Shown piece after piece: positions 36,080 through 51,000 of a stretch of 64,000 nucleotides of DNA. Under the pieces are notes generated by a model that did not search any database, had not been told where the DNA came from, and worked only from the letters and a program-made list of their open reading frames with translations. Source of the stretch: Paragordius varius (Eukaryota > Animalia > Nematomorpha); NCBI GenBank assembly GCA_964247055.1, contig OZ176054.1:558001-622000 (forward strand), read 5' to 3'. The first letter of the stretch is position 1. Every line of letters starts with the position of its first letter. A program made the translations under genes and the position numbers.

Positions 36080-39000
36080 TTTTTATGTAGTCTTACTAAG
36101 AGAATGTATAAAAAATAATTTTGTTCACCGGTGACCAATATTCGATTTTTAAGGACAAAGTTTAACTTGAGTATTGATGCGACTAGTTTTATACATTAAT
36201 CTTTAAAGTATCGTTGTAAAAATCGGATATGAAATAGTTTGCCAAACTATCTTTATATTTTGAGGTAGTCCTACTAAGAGAATGTATAAAAAATAATTTT
36301 GTTCACCGGTGACCAATATCCGATTTTTAAGGACAAAGTTTAACTTGAGTATTGATGCGACTAGTTTTATACATTAATCTTTAAAGTATCGTTGTTAAAA
36401 TCGGATATGAAATAGTTTGCCAAACTATCTTTATATTTTGAGGTAGTCCTACTAAGAGAATGTATAAAAAATAATTTTGTTCACCGGTGACCAATATTCG
36501 ATTTATAAGGACAAAGTTTAACTTGAGTATTGATGCGACTAGTTTTATACATTAATCTTTAAAGTATCGTTGTAAAAATCGGATATGAAATAGTTTGCCA
36601 AACTATCTTTATATTTTGAGGTAGTCCTACTAAGAGAATGTATAAAAAATAATTTTGTTCACCGGTGACCAATATCCGATTTTTAAGGACAAAGTTTAAC
36701 TTGAGTATTGATGCGATTTATTGATACGACTTTTTATACATTAATTTTTAAAGTATCGTTGTAAAAATCGGATATGAAAGAGTTTGTCAAACTATCTCTA
36801 TATTTTGATGTAGTCTTGGTAAGAGAATGTATATAAAATAGTTTTGTTCACCGGTGACCAATATCCGATTTTTAAGGACCAAGTTTAACTTGAGTATTGA
36901 TGCGACTAGTTTTATACATTAATCTTTAAAGTATCGTTGTAAAAATCGGATATGAAATAGTTTGCCAAACTATCTTTATATTTTGAGGTAGTCCTACTAA
37001 GAGAATGTATAAAAAATAATTTTGTTCACCGGTGACCAATATCCTATTTTTAAGGACAAAGTTTAACTTGAGTATTGATGCGATTTATTGATACGACTTT
37101 TTATACATTTATTTTTAAAGTATCGTTGTAAAAATCGGATATGAAATAGTTTGTCAAACTATCTCTATATTTTGATGTAGTCTTACTAAGAGAATGTATA
37201 AAAAATTATTTTGTTCACCGGTGACCAATATCCGATTTTTAAGGACAAAGTTTAACTTGAGTATTGATGCGACTTATTGATACGACTAGTTTTATACATT
37301 AATTTATAAAGTATCGTTCTAAAAATCGGATATGAAAGAGTTTGTCAAACTATCTCTATATTTTGATGTAGTCTTGCTAAGAGAATGTATAAAAAATAGT
37401 TTTGTTCACCGGTGACCTATATCCGATTTTTAAGGACAAAGTTTAACTTGAGTATTGATGCGACTGGTTAAATACCATAATTTTTAAAGGATCGTTGTAA
37501 AAATCGGATATGAAAGAGTTTGTCAAACTATCTCTATATTTTGATGTAGTCTTACTAAGAGAATGTATAAAAAATAGTTTTGTTCACCGGTGACCAATAT
37601 CCGATTTTTAAGGACAAAGTTTAACTTTTGTATTGATGCGATTTATTGATGCGACTGGTTTAATACCATAATTTTTAAAGTATCGTTGTAATAATCGGAT
37701 ATGAAAGAGTTTGTCAAACTATCTCTATATTATTGATGTAGTCTTACTAAGAGAATGTATAAAAAATAGTTTTGTTCACCGGTGACCAATATCCGATTTA
37801 TAAGGACAAAGTTTAACTTGAGTATTGATGCGACTAGTTTAATACATTAATTTTTAAAGTATCGTTGTAAAAATCGGATATGAAAGAGTTTGTCAAACTA
37901 TCTCTATATTTTGATGTAGTCTTGCTAAGAATGTATAAAAAATAGTTTTGTTCACCGGTGACCAATATCCGATTTTTAAGGACAAAGTTTAACTTGAGTA
38001 TTGATGCGACTGGTTTAATACCATAATTTTTAAAGTATCATTGTAAAAATCGGATATGAAAGAGTTTGTCAAACTATCTCTATATTTTGATGTAGTCTTA
38101 CTAAGAGAATGTATAAAAAATAGTTTTGTTCACCGGTGACCAATATCCGATTTTTAAGGACAAAGTTTAATTTGAGTATTGATGCGATTTATTGAAGCGA
38201 CTGGTAATACCATAATTTTTAAAGTATCGTTGTAAAAATCGGATATGAAAGAGTTTGTCAAACTATCTCTATATTTTGATGTAGTCTTGCTAAGAATGTA
38301 TAAAAAATAGTTTTGTTCACCGGTGACCAATATCCGATTTTTAAGGACAAAGTTTAACTTGAGTATTGATGCGACTAGTTTTATACATTAATCTTTAAAG
38401 TATCGTTGTAAAAATCGGATATGAAATAGTTTGCCAAACTATCTTTATATTTTGATGTAGTCTTGCTAAGAATGTATAAAAAATAGTTTTGTTCACCGGT
38501 GACCAATATCCGATTTTTAAGGACAAAGTTTAACTTGAGTATTGATGCGACTAGTTTTATACATTAATCTTTAAAGTATCGTTGTAAAAATCGGATATGA
38601 AATAGTTTGCCAAACTATCTTTATATTTTGAGGTAGTCCTACTAAGAGAATGTATAAAAAATAATTTTGTTCACCGGTGACCAATATCCGATTTTTAAGG
38701 ACAAAGTTTAACTTGAGTATTGATGCGACTAGTTTTATACATTAATCTTTAAAGTATCGTTGTTAAAATCGGATATGAAATAGTTTGCCAAACTATCTTT
38801 ATATTTTGAGGTAGTCCTACTAAGAGAATGTATAAAAAATAATTTTGTTCACCGGTGACCAATATTCGATTTTTAAGGACAAAGTTTAACTTGAGTATTG
38901 ATGCGACTAGTTTTATACATTAATCTTTAAAGTATCGTTGTAAAAATCGGATATGAAATAGTTTGCCAAACTATCTTTATATTTTGAGGTAGTCCTACTA

Positions 39001-41700
39001 AGAGAATGTATAAAAAATAATTTTGTTCACCGGTGACCAATATCCGATTTTTAAGGACAAAGTTTAACTTGAGTATTGATGCGATTTATTGATACGACTT
39101 TTTATACATTAATTTTTAAAGTATCGTTGTAAAAATCGGATATGAAAGAGTTTGTCAAACTATCTCTATATTTTGATGTAGTCTTGCTAAGAGAATGTAT
39201 AAAAAATAGTTTTGTTCACCGGTGACCAATATCCGATTTTTAAGGACCAAGTTTAACTTGAGTATTGATGCTACTAGTTTAATACATTAATTTTTTAAGT
39301 ATCGTTGTAAAAATCGGATATGAAAGAGTTTGTCAAACTATCTCTATATTTTGATGTAGTCTTACTAAGAGAATGTAAAAAAATAGTTTTGTTCACCGGT
39401 GACCAATATCCGATTTTTAAGGACAATGTTTAGCTTGAGTATTGATGCGACTAGTTTTATACATTAATTTTTAAAGTATCGTTGTAAAAATCGGATATGA
39501 AAGAGTTTGTCAAACTATTTCTATATTTTTATGTAGTCTTACTAAGAGAATGTATAAAAAATAATTTTGTTCACCGGTGACCAATATTCGATTTTTAAGG
39601 ACAAAGTTTAACTTGAGTATTGATGCGACTAGTTTTATACATTAATCTTTAAAGTATCGTTGTAAAAATCGGATATGAAATAGTTTGCCAAACTATCTTT
39701 ATATTTTGAGGTAGTCCTACTAAGAGAATGTATAAAAAATAATTTTGTTCACCGGTGACCAATATCCGATTTTTAAGGACAAAGTTTAACTTGAGTATTG
39801 ATGCGACTAGTTTTATACATTAATCTTTAAAGTATCGTTGTTAAAATCGGATATGAAATAGTTTGCCAAACTATCTTTATATTTTGAGGTAGTCCTACTA
39901 AGAGAATGTATAAAAAATAATTTTGTTCACCGGTGACCAATATTCGATTTATAAGGACAAAGTTTAACTTGAGTATTGATGCGACTAGTTTTATACATTA
40001 ATCTTTAAAGTATCGTTGTAAAAATCGGATATGAAATAGTTTGCCAAACTATCTTTATATTTTGAGGTAGTCCTACTAAGAGAATGTATAAAAAATAATT
40101 TTGTTCACCGGTGACCAATATCCGATTTTTAAGGACAAAGTTTAACTTGAGTATTGATGCGATTTATTGATACGACTTTTTATACATTGATTTTTAAAGT
40201 ATCGTTGTAAAAATCGGATATGAAAGAGTTTGTCAAACTATCTCTATATTTTGATGTAGTCTTGGTAAGAGAATGTATATAAAATAGTTTTGTTCACCGG
40301 TGACCAATATCCGATTTTTAAGGACCAAGTTTAACTTGAGTATTGATGCGACTAGTTTTATACATTAATCTTTAAAGTATCGTTGTAAAAATCGGATATG
40401 AAATAGTTTGCCAAACTATCTTTATATTTTGAGGTAGTCCTACTAAGAGAATGTATAAAAAATAATTTTGTTCACCGGTGACCAATATCCTATTTTTAAG
40501 GACAAAGTTTAACTTGAGTATTGATGCGATTTATTGATACGACTTTTTATACATTTATTTTTAAAGTATCAAAGTAAAAATCGGATATGAAATAGTTTGT
40601 CAAACTATCTCTATATTTTGATGTAGTCTTACTAAGAGAATGTATAAAAAATTATTTTGTTCACCGGTGACCAATATCCGATTTTTAAGGACAAAGTTTA
40701 ACTTGAGTATTGATGCGACTTATTGATACGACTAGTTTTATACATTAATTTATAAAGTATCGTTCTAAAAATCGGATATGAAAGAGTTTGTCAAACTATC
40801 TCTATATTTTGATGTAGTCTTGCTAAGAGAATGTATAAAAAATAGTTTTGTTCACCGGTGACCTATATCCGATTTTTAAGGACAAAGTTTAACTTGAGTA
40901 TTGATGCGACTGGTTAAATACCATAATTTTTAAAGGATCGTTGTAAAAATCGGATATGAAAGAGTTTGTCAAACTATCTCTATATTTTGATGTAGTCTTA
41001 CTAAGAGAATGTATAAAAAATAGTTTTGTTCACCGGTGACCAATATCCGATTTTTAAGGACAAAGTTTAACTTTTGTATTGATGCGATTTATTGATGCGA
41101 CTGGTTTAATACCATAATTTTTAAAGTATCGTTGTAATAATCGGATATGAAAGAGTTTGTCAAACTATCTCTATATTATTGATGTAGTCTTACTAAGAGA
41201 ATGTATAAAAAATAGTTTTGTTCACCGGTGACCAATATCCGATTTTTAAGGACAAAGTTTAACTTGAGTATTGATGCGACTAGTTTAATACATTAATTTT
41301 TAAAGTATCGTTGTAAAAATCGGATATGAAAGAGTTTGTCAAACTATCTCTATATTTTGATGTAGTCTTGCTAAGAATGTATAAAAAATAGTTTTGTTCA
41401 CCGGTGACCAATATCCGATTTTTAAGGACAAAGTTTAACTTGAGTATTGATGCGACTGGTTTAATACCATAATTTTTAAAGTATCATTGTAAAAATCGGA
41501 TATGAAAGAGTTTGTCAAACTATCTCTATATTTTGATGTAGTCTTACTAAGAGAATGTATAAAAAATAGTTTTGTTCACCGGTGACCAATATCCGATTTT
41601 TAAGGACAAAGTTTAACTTGAGTATTGATGCGATTTATTGAAGCGACTGGTAATACCATAATTTTTAAAGTATCGTTGTAAAAATCGGATATGAAATAGT
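36080..41700 (-). repeat. ~2.2-kb block duplicated at 3446-bp offset (~36080-38250 and ~39526-41700)
   Basis: TTTTATG 36081/39527, CTTGGT 36815/40261 and TATTGATG 37731/41177 are all 3446 apart. Confidence 0.88.
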
Positions 41701-44699
41701 TTGTCAAACTATCTCTATATTTTGATGTAGTCTTACTAAGAGAATGTATAAAAAATAGTTTTGTTCACCGGTGACCAATATCCGATTTTTAAGGACAAAG
41801 TTTAACTTGAGTATTGATGCGACTAGTTTAATACATTAATTTTTAAAGTATCGTTGTAAAAATCGGATATGAAATAGTTTGCCAAACTATCTTTATATTT
41901 TGAGGTAGTCCTACTAAGAGAATGTATAAAAAATCATTTTGTTCACCGGTGACCAATATCCTATTTTTAAGGACAAAGTTTAACTTGAGTATTGATGCGA
42001 TTTATTGATACGACTTTTTATACATTTATTTTTAAAGTATCGTTGTAAAAATCGGATATGAAATAGTTTGTCAAACTATCTCTATATTTTGATGTAGTCT
42101 TACTAAGAGAATGTATAAAAAATTATTTTGTTCACCGGTGACCAATATCCGATTTTTAAGGACAAAGTTTAACTTGAGTATTGATGCGACTTATTGATAC
42201 GACTAGTTTTATACATTAATTTATAAAGTATCGTTCTAAAAATCGGATATGAAAGAGTTTGTCAAACTATCTCTATATTTTGATGTAGTCTTGCTAAGAG
42301 AATGTATAAAAAATAGTTTTGTTCACCGGTGACCTATATCAGATTTTTAAGGACAAAGTTTAACTTGAGTATTGATGCGACTGGTTTAATACCATAATTT
42401 TTAAAGGATCGTTGTAAAAATCGGATATGAAAGAGTTTGTCAAACTATCTCTATATTTTGATGTAGTCTTACTAAGAGAATGTATAAAAAATAGTTTTGT
42501 TCACCGGTGACCAATATCCGATTTTTAAGGACAAAGTTTAACTTTTGTATTGATGCGATTTATTGATGCGACTGGTTTAATACCATAATTTTTAAAGTAT
42601 CGTTGTAAAAATCGGATATGAAAGAGTTTGTCAAACTATCTCTATATTTTGATGTAGTCTTACTAAGAGAATGTATAAAAAATTATTTTGTTCACCGGTG
42701 ACCAATATCCGATTTTTAAGGACAAAGTTTAACTTGAGTATTGATGCGACTGGTTTAATACCATAATTTTTAAAGTATCGTTGTAAAAATCGGATATGAA
42801 AGAGTTTGTCAAACTATCTCTATATTTTGATGTAGTCTTGCTAAGAGAATGTATAAAAAATAGTTTTGTTCACCGGTGACCAATATCCGATTTTTAAGGA
42901 CAAAGTTTAACTTGAGTATTGATGCGACTTATTGATACGACTAGTTTTATACATTAATTTATAAAGTATCGTTCTAAAAATCGGATATGAAAGAGTTTGT
43001 CAAACTATCTCTATATTTTGATGTAGTCTTGCTAAGAGAATGTATAAAAAATAGTTTTGTTCACCGGTGACCTATATCAGATTTTTAAGGACAAAGTTTA
43101 ACTTGAGTATTGATGCGACTGGTTTAATACCATAATTTTTAAAGTATCGTTGTAAAAATCGGATATGAAAGAGTTTGTCAAACTATCTCTATATTTTGAT
43201 GTAGTCTTGCTAAGAGAATGTATAAAAAATAGTTTTGTTCACCGGTGACCAATATCCGATTTTTAAGGACCAAGTTTAACTTGAGTATTGATGCTACTAG
43301 TTTAATACATTAATTTTTTAAGTATCGTTGTAAAAATCGGATATGAGAGAGTTTGTCAAACTATCTCTATATTTTGATGTAGTCTTACTAAGAGAATGTA
43401 AAAAAATAGTTTTGTTCACCGGTGACCAATATCCGATTTTTAAGGACAATGTTTAGCTTGAGTATTGATGCGACTAGTTTTATACATTAATTTTTAAAGT
43501 ATCGTTGTAAAAATCGGATATGAAAGAGTTTGTCAAACTATTTCTATATTTTTATGTAGTCTTACTAAGAGAATGTATAAAAAATAATTTTGTTCACCGG
43601 TGACCAATATTCGATTTTTAAGGACAAAGTTTAACTTGAGTATTGATGCGACTAGTTTTATACATTAATCTTTAAAGTATCGTTGTAAAAATCGGATATG
43701 AAATAGTTTGCCAAACTATCTTTATATTTTGAGGTAGTCCTACTAAGAGAATGTATAAAAAATCATTTTGTTCACCGGTGACCAATATCCTATTTTTAAG
43801 GACAAAGTTTAACTTGAGTATTGATGCGATTTATTGATACGACTTTTTATACATTTATTTTTAAAGTATCGTTGTAAAAATCGGATATGAAATAGTTTGT
43901 CAAACTATCTCTATATTTTGATGTAGTCTTACTAAGAGAATGTATAAAAAATTATTTTGTTCACCGGTGACCAATATCCGATTTTTAAGGACAAAGTTTA
44001 ACTTGAGTATTGATGCGACTTATTGATACGACTAGTTTTATACATTAATTTATAAAGTATCGTTCTAAAAATCGGATATGAAAGAGTTTGTCAAACTATC
44101 TCTATATTTTGATGTAGTCTTGCTAAGAGAATGTATAAAAAATAGTTTTGTTCACCGGTGACCTATATCAGATTTTTAAGGACAAAGTTTAACTTGAGTA
44201 TTGATGCGACTGGTTTAATACCATAATTTTTAAAGGATCGTTGTAAAAATCGGATATGAAAGAGTTTGTCAAACTATCTCTATATTTTGATGTAGTCTTA
44301 CTAAGAGAATGTATAAAAAATAGTTTTGTTCACCGGTGACCAATATCCGATTTTTAAGGACAAAGTTTAACTTTTGTATTGATGCGATTTATTGATGCGA
44401 CTGGTTTAATACCATAATTTTTAAAGTATCGTTGTAAAAATCGGATATGAAAGAGTTTGTCAAACTATCTCTATATTTTGATGTAGTCTTGCTAAGAGAA
44501 TGTATAAAAAATAGTTTTGTTCACCGGTGACCTATATCAGATTTTTAAGGACAAAGTTTAACTTGAGTATTGATGCGACTGGTTTAATACCATAATTTTT
44601 AAAGTATCGTTGTAAAAATCGGATATGAAAGAGTTTGTCAAACTATCTCTATATTTTGATGTAGTCTTGCTAAGAGAATGTATAAAAAATAGTTTTGTT

Positions 44700-47450
44700 C
44701 ACCGGTGACCAATATCCGATTTTTAAGGACCAAGTTTAACTTGAGTATTGATGCTACTAGTTTAATACATTAATTTTTTAAGTATCGTTGTAAAAATCGG
44801 ATATGAAAGAGTTTGTCAAACTATCTCTATATTTTGATGTAGTCTTACTAAGAGAATGTAAAAAATAGTTTTGTTCACCGGTGACCAATATCCGATTTTT
44901 AAGGACAATGTTTAGCTTGAGTATTGATGCGACTAGTTTTATACATTAATTTTTAAAGTATCGTTGTAAAAATCGGATATGAAAGAGTTTGTCAAACTAT
45001 TTCTATATTTTTATGTAGTCTTACTAAGAGAATGTATAAAAAATAATTTTGTTCACCGGTGACCAATATTCGATTTTTAAGGACAAAGTTTAACTTGAGT
45101 ATTGATGCGACTAGTTTTATACATTAATCTTTAAAGTATCGTTGTAAAAATCGGATATGAAATAGTTTGCCAAACTATCTTTATATTTTGAGGTAGTCCT
45201 ACTAAGAGAATGTATAAAAAATAGTTTTGTTCACCGGTGACCAATATCCGATTTTTAAGGACAAAGTTTAACTTTTGTATTGATGCGATTTATTGATGCG
45301 ACTGGTTTAATACCATAATTTTTAAAGTATCGTTGTAAAAATCGGATATGAAAGAGTTTGTCAAACTATCTTTATATTTTGAGGTAGTCCTACTAAGAGA
45401 ATGTATAAAAAATCATTTTGTTCACCGGTGACCAATATCCTATTTTTAAGGACAAAGTTTAACTTGAGTATTGATGCGATTTATTGATACGACTTTTTAT
45501 ACATTTATTTTTAAAGTATCGTTGTAAAAATCGGATATGAAATAGTTTGTCAAACTATCTCTATATTTTGATGTAGTCTTGCTAAGAGAATGTATAAAAA
45601 ATAGTTTTGTTCACCGGTGACCAATATCCGATTTTTAAGGACCAAGTTTAACTTGAGTATTGATGCTACTAGTTTAATACATTAATTTTTTAAGTATCGT
45701 TGTAAAAATCGGATATGAAAGAGTTTGTCAAACTATCTCTATATTTTGATGTAGTCTTACTAAGAGAATGTAAAAAATAGTTTTGTTCACCGGTGACCAA
45801 TATCCGATTTTTAAGGACAATGTTTAGCTTGAGTATTGATGCGACTAGTTTTATACATTAATTTTTAAAGTATCGTTGTAAAAATCGGATATGAAAGAGT
45901 TTGTCAAACTATTTCTATATTTTTATGTAGTCTTACTAAGAGAATGTATAAAAAATAATTTTGTTCACCGGTGACCAATATTCGATTTTTAAGGACAAAG
46001 TTTAACTTGAGTATTGATACGACTTTTTATACATTTATTTTTAAAGTATCGTTGTAAAAATCGGATATGAAATAGTTTGTCAAACTATCTCTATATTTTG
46101 ATGTAGTCTTACTAAGAGAATGTATAAAAAATAGTTTTGTTCACCGGTGACCAATATCCGATTTTTAAGGACAAAGTTTAACTTTTGTATTGATGCGATT
46201 TATTGATGCGACTGGTTTAATACCATAATTTTTAAAGTATCGTTGTAAAAATCGGATATGAAAGAGTTTGTCAAACTATCTTTATATTTTGAGGTAGTCC
46301 TACTAAGAGAATGTATAAAAAATCATTTTGTTCACCGGTGACCAATATCCTATTTTTAAGGACAAAGTTTAACTTGAGTATTGATGCGATTTATTGATAC
46401 GACTTTTTATACATTTATTTTTAAAGTATCGTTGTAAAAATCGGATATGAAATAGTTTGTCAAACTATCTCTATATTTTGATGTAGTCTTGCTAAGAGAA
46501 TGTATAAAAAATAGTTTTGTTCACCGGTGACCAATATCCGATTTTTAAGGACCAAGTTTAACTTGAGTATTGATGCTACTAGTTTAATACATTAATTTTT
46601 TAAGTATCGTTGTAAAAATCGGATATGAAAGAGTTTGTCAAACTATCTCTATATTTTGATGTAGTCTTACTAAGAGAATGTAAAAAAATAGTTTTGTTCA
46701 CCGGTGACCAATATCCGATTTTTAAGGACAATGTTTAGCTTGAGTATTGATGCGACTAGTTTTATACATTAATTTTTAAAGTATCGTTGTAAAAATCGGA
46801 TATGAAAGAGTTTGTCAAACTATTTCTATATTTTTATGTAGTCTTACTAAGAGAATGTATAAAAAATAATTTTGTTCACCGGTGACCAATATTCGATTTT
46901 TAAGGACAAAGTTTAACTTGAGTATTGATGCGACTAGTTTTATACATTAATCTTTAAAGTATCGTTGTAAAAATCGGATATGAAATAGTTTGCCAAACTA
47001 TCTTTATATTTTGAGGTAGTCCTACTAAGAGAATGTATAAAAAATCATTTTGTTCACCGGTGACCAATATCCTATTTTTAAGGACAAAGTTTAACTTGAG
47101 TATTGATGCGATTTATTGATACGACTTTTTATACATTTATTTTTAAAGTATCGTTGTAAAAATCGGATATGAAATAGTTTGTCAAACTATCTCTATATTT
47201 TGATGTAGTCTTACTAAGAGAATGTATAAAAAATAGTTTTGTTCACCGGTGACCAATATCCGATTTTTAAGGACAAAGTTTAACTTTTGTATTGATGCGA
47301 TTTATTGATGCGACTGGTTTAATACCATAATTTTTAAAGTATCGTTGTAAAAATCGGATATGAAAGAGTTTGTCAAACTATCTTTATATTTTGAGGTAGT
47401 CCTACTAAGAGAATGTATAAAAAATCATTTTGTTCACCGGTGACCAATAT
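44700..47450 (-). repeat. 5-mer higher-order repeat, ~910-912 bp, about three copies
   Basis: The GGACCAAG variant occurs at 44731, 45643 and 46553; TGTTTAGC at 44909, 45821 and 46732. Confidence 0.85.
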
Positions 47451-48094
47451 CCTATTTTTAAGGACAAAGTTTAACTTGAGTATTGATGCGATTTATTGAT
47501 ACGACTTTTTATACATTTATTTTTAAAGTATCGTTGTAAAAATCGGATATGAAATAGTTTGTCAAACTATCTCTATATTTTGATGTAGTCTTACTAAGAG
47601 AATGTATAAAAAATTATTTTGTTCACCGGTGACCAATATCCGATTTTTAAGGACAAAGTTTAACTTGAGTATTGATGCGACTTATTGATACGACTAGTTT
47701 TATACATTAATTTATAAAGTATCGTTCTAAAAATCGGATATGAAAGAGTTTGTCAAACTATCTCTATATTTTGATGTAGTCTTACTAAGAGAATGTATAA
47801 AAAATAGTTTTGTTCACCGGTGACCAATATCCGATTTTTAAGGACAAAGTTTAACTTTTGTATTGATGCGATTTATTGATGCGACTGGTTTAATACCATA
47901 ATTTTTAAAGTATCGTTGTAAAAATCGGATATGAAAGAGTTTGTCAAACTATCTCTATATTTTGATGTAGTCTTACTAAGAGAATGTATAAAAATTAGTT
48001 TTGTTCACCGGTGACCAATATCCGATTTTTAAGGACAAAGTTTAACTTGAGTATTGATGCGACTAGTTTAATACATTAATTTTTAAAGTATCGT

Positions 48095-51000
48095 TGTAAA
48101 AATCGGATATGAAAGAGTTTGTCAAACTATCTCTATATTTTGATGTAGTCTTGCTAAGAATGTATAAAAAATAGTTTTGTTCACCGGTGACCAATATCCG
48201 ATTTTTAAGGACAAAGTTTAACTTGAGTATTGATGCGACTGGTTTATAACCATAATTTTTAAAGTATCATTGTAAAAATCGGATATGAAAGAGTTTGTCA
48301 AACTATCTCTATATTTTGATGTAGTCTTACTAAGAGAATGTATAAAAAATAGTTTTGTTCACCGGTGACCAATATCCGATTTTTAAGGACAAAGTTTAAC
48401 TTGAGTATTGATGCGATTTATTGAAGCGACTGGTAATACCATAATTTTTAAAGTATCGTTGTAAAAATCGGATATGAAATAGTTTGTCAAACTATCTCTA
48501 TATTTTGATGTAGTCTTACTAAGAGAATGTATAAAAAATAGTTTTGTTCACCGGTGACCAATATCCGATTTTTAAGGACAAAGTTTAACTTGAGTATTGA
48601 TGCGACTAGTTTAATACATTAATTTTTAAAGTATCGTTGTAAAAATCGGATATGAAAGAGTTTGTCAAACTATCTCTATATCTTGATGTAGTCTTGCCAA
48701 GAATGTATAAAAAATAGTTTTGTTCACCGGTGACCAATATCCGATTTTTAAGGACAAAGTTTAACTTGAGTATTGATGCGACTAGTTTTATACATTAATC
48801 TTTAAAGTATCGTTGTAAAAATCGGATGTGAAATAGTTTGCCAAACTATCTTTATATTTTGAGGTAGTCCTACTAAGAGAATGTATAAAAAATAATTTTG
48901 TTCACCGGTGACCAATATTCGATTTTTAAGGACAAAGTTTAACTTGAGTATTGATGCGACTAGTTTTATACATTAATCTTTAAAGTATCGTTGTAAAAAT
49001 CGGATATGAAATAGTTTGCCAAACTATCTTTATATTTTGAGGTAGTCCTACTAAGAGAATGTATAAAAAATAATTTTGTTCACCGGTGACCAATATCCGA
49101 TTTTTAAGGGCAAAGTTTAACTTGAATATTGATGCGATTTATTGATACGACTTTTTATACATTAATTTTTAAAGTATCGTTGTAAAAATCGGATATGAAA
49201 GAGTTTGTCAAACTATCTCTATATTTTGATGTAGTCTTGCTAAGAGAATGTATAAAAAATTGTTTTGTTCACCGGTGACCAATATCCGATTTTTAAGGAC
49301 CAAGTTTAACTTGAGTATTGATGCTACTAGTTTAATACATTAATTTTTTAAGTATCGTTGTAAAAATCGGATATGAAAGAGTTTGTCAAACTATCTCTAT
49401 ATTTTGATGTAGTCTTACTAAGAGAATGTATAAAAAATAGTTTTGTTCACCGGTGACCAATATCCGATTTTTAAGGACAATGTTTAGTTGAGTATTGATG
49501 CGACTAGTTTTATACATTAATTTTTAAAGTATCGTTGTAAAAATCGGATATGAAAGAGTTTGTCAAACTATTTCTATATTTTTATGTAGTCTTACTAAGA
49601 GAATGTATAAAAAATAATTTTGTTCACCGATGACCAATATTCGATTTTTAAGGACAAAGTTTAACTTGAATATTGATGCGACTAGTTTTATACATTAATC
49701 TTTAAAGTATCGTTGTAAAAATCGGATATGAAATAGTTTGCCAAACTATCTTTATATTTTGAGGTAGTCCTACTAAGAGAATGTATAAAAAATAATTTTG
49801 TTCACCGGTGACCAATATCCGATTTTTAAGGACAAAGTTTAACTTGAGTATTGATGCGACTAGTTTTATACATTAATCTTTAAAGTATCGTTGTAAAAAT
49901 CGGATATGAAATAGTTTGCCAAACTATCTTTATATTTTGAGGTAGTCCTACTAAGAGAATGTATAAAAAATAATTTTGTTCACCGGTGACCAATATTCGA
50001 TTTATAAGGACAAAGTTTAACTTGAGTATTGATGCGACTAGTTTTATACATTAATCTTTAAAGTATCGTTGTAAAAATCGGATATGAAATAGTTTGCCAA
50101 ACTATCTTTATATTTTGAGGTAGTCCTACTAAGAGAATGTATAAAAAATAATTTTGTTCACCGGTGACCAATATCCGATTTTTAAGGACAAAGTTTAACT
50201 TTTGTATTGATGCGATTTATTGATGCGACTGGTTTAATACCATAATTTTTAAAGTATCGTTGTAAAAATCGGATATGAAAGAGTTTGTCAAACTATCTCT
50301 ATATTTTGATGTAGTCTTACTAAGAGAATGTATAAAAAATAGTTTTGATCACCGGTGACCAATATCCGATTTTTAAGGACAAAGTTTAACTTGAGTATTG
50401 ATGCGACTAGTTTAATACATTAATTTTTAAAGTATAGTTGTAAAAATCGGATATGAAAGAGTTTGTCAAACTATCTCTATATTTTGATGTAGTCTTGCTA
50501 AGAATGTATAAAAAATAGTTTTGTTCACCGGTGACCAATATCCGATTTTTAAGGACAAAGTTTAACTTGAGTATTGATGCGACTGGTTTAATACCATAAT
50601 TTTTAAAGTATCATTGTAAAAATCGGATATGAAAGAGTTTGTCAAACTATCTCTATATTTTGATGTAGTCTTACTAAGAGAATGTATAAAAAATAGTTTT
50701 GTTCACCGGTGACCAATATCCGATTTTTAAGGACAAAGTTTAACTTGAGTATTGATGCGATTTATTGAAGCGACTGGTAATACCATAATTTTTAAAGTAT
50801 CGTTGTAAAAATCGGATATGAAATAGTTTGTCAAACTATCTCTATATTTTGATGTAGTCTTACTAAGAGAATGTATAAAAAATAGTTTTGTTCACCGGTG
50901 ACCAATATCCGATTTTTAAGGACAAAGTTTAACTTGAGTATTGATGCGACTAGTTTAATACATTAATTTTTAAAGTATCGTTGTAAAAATCGGATATGAA

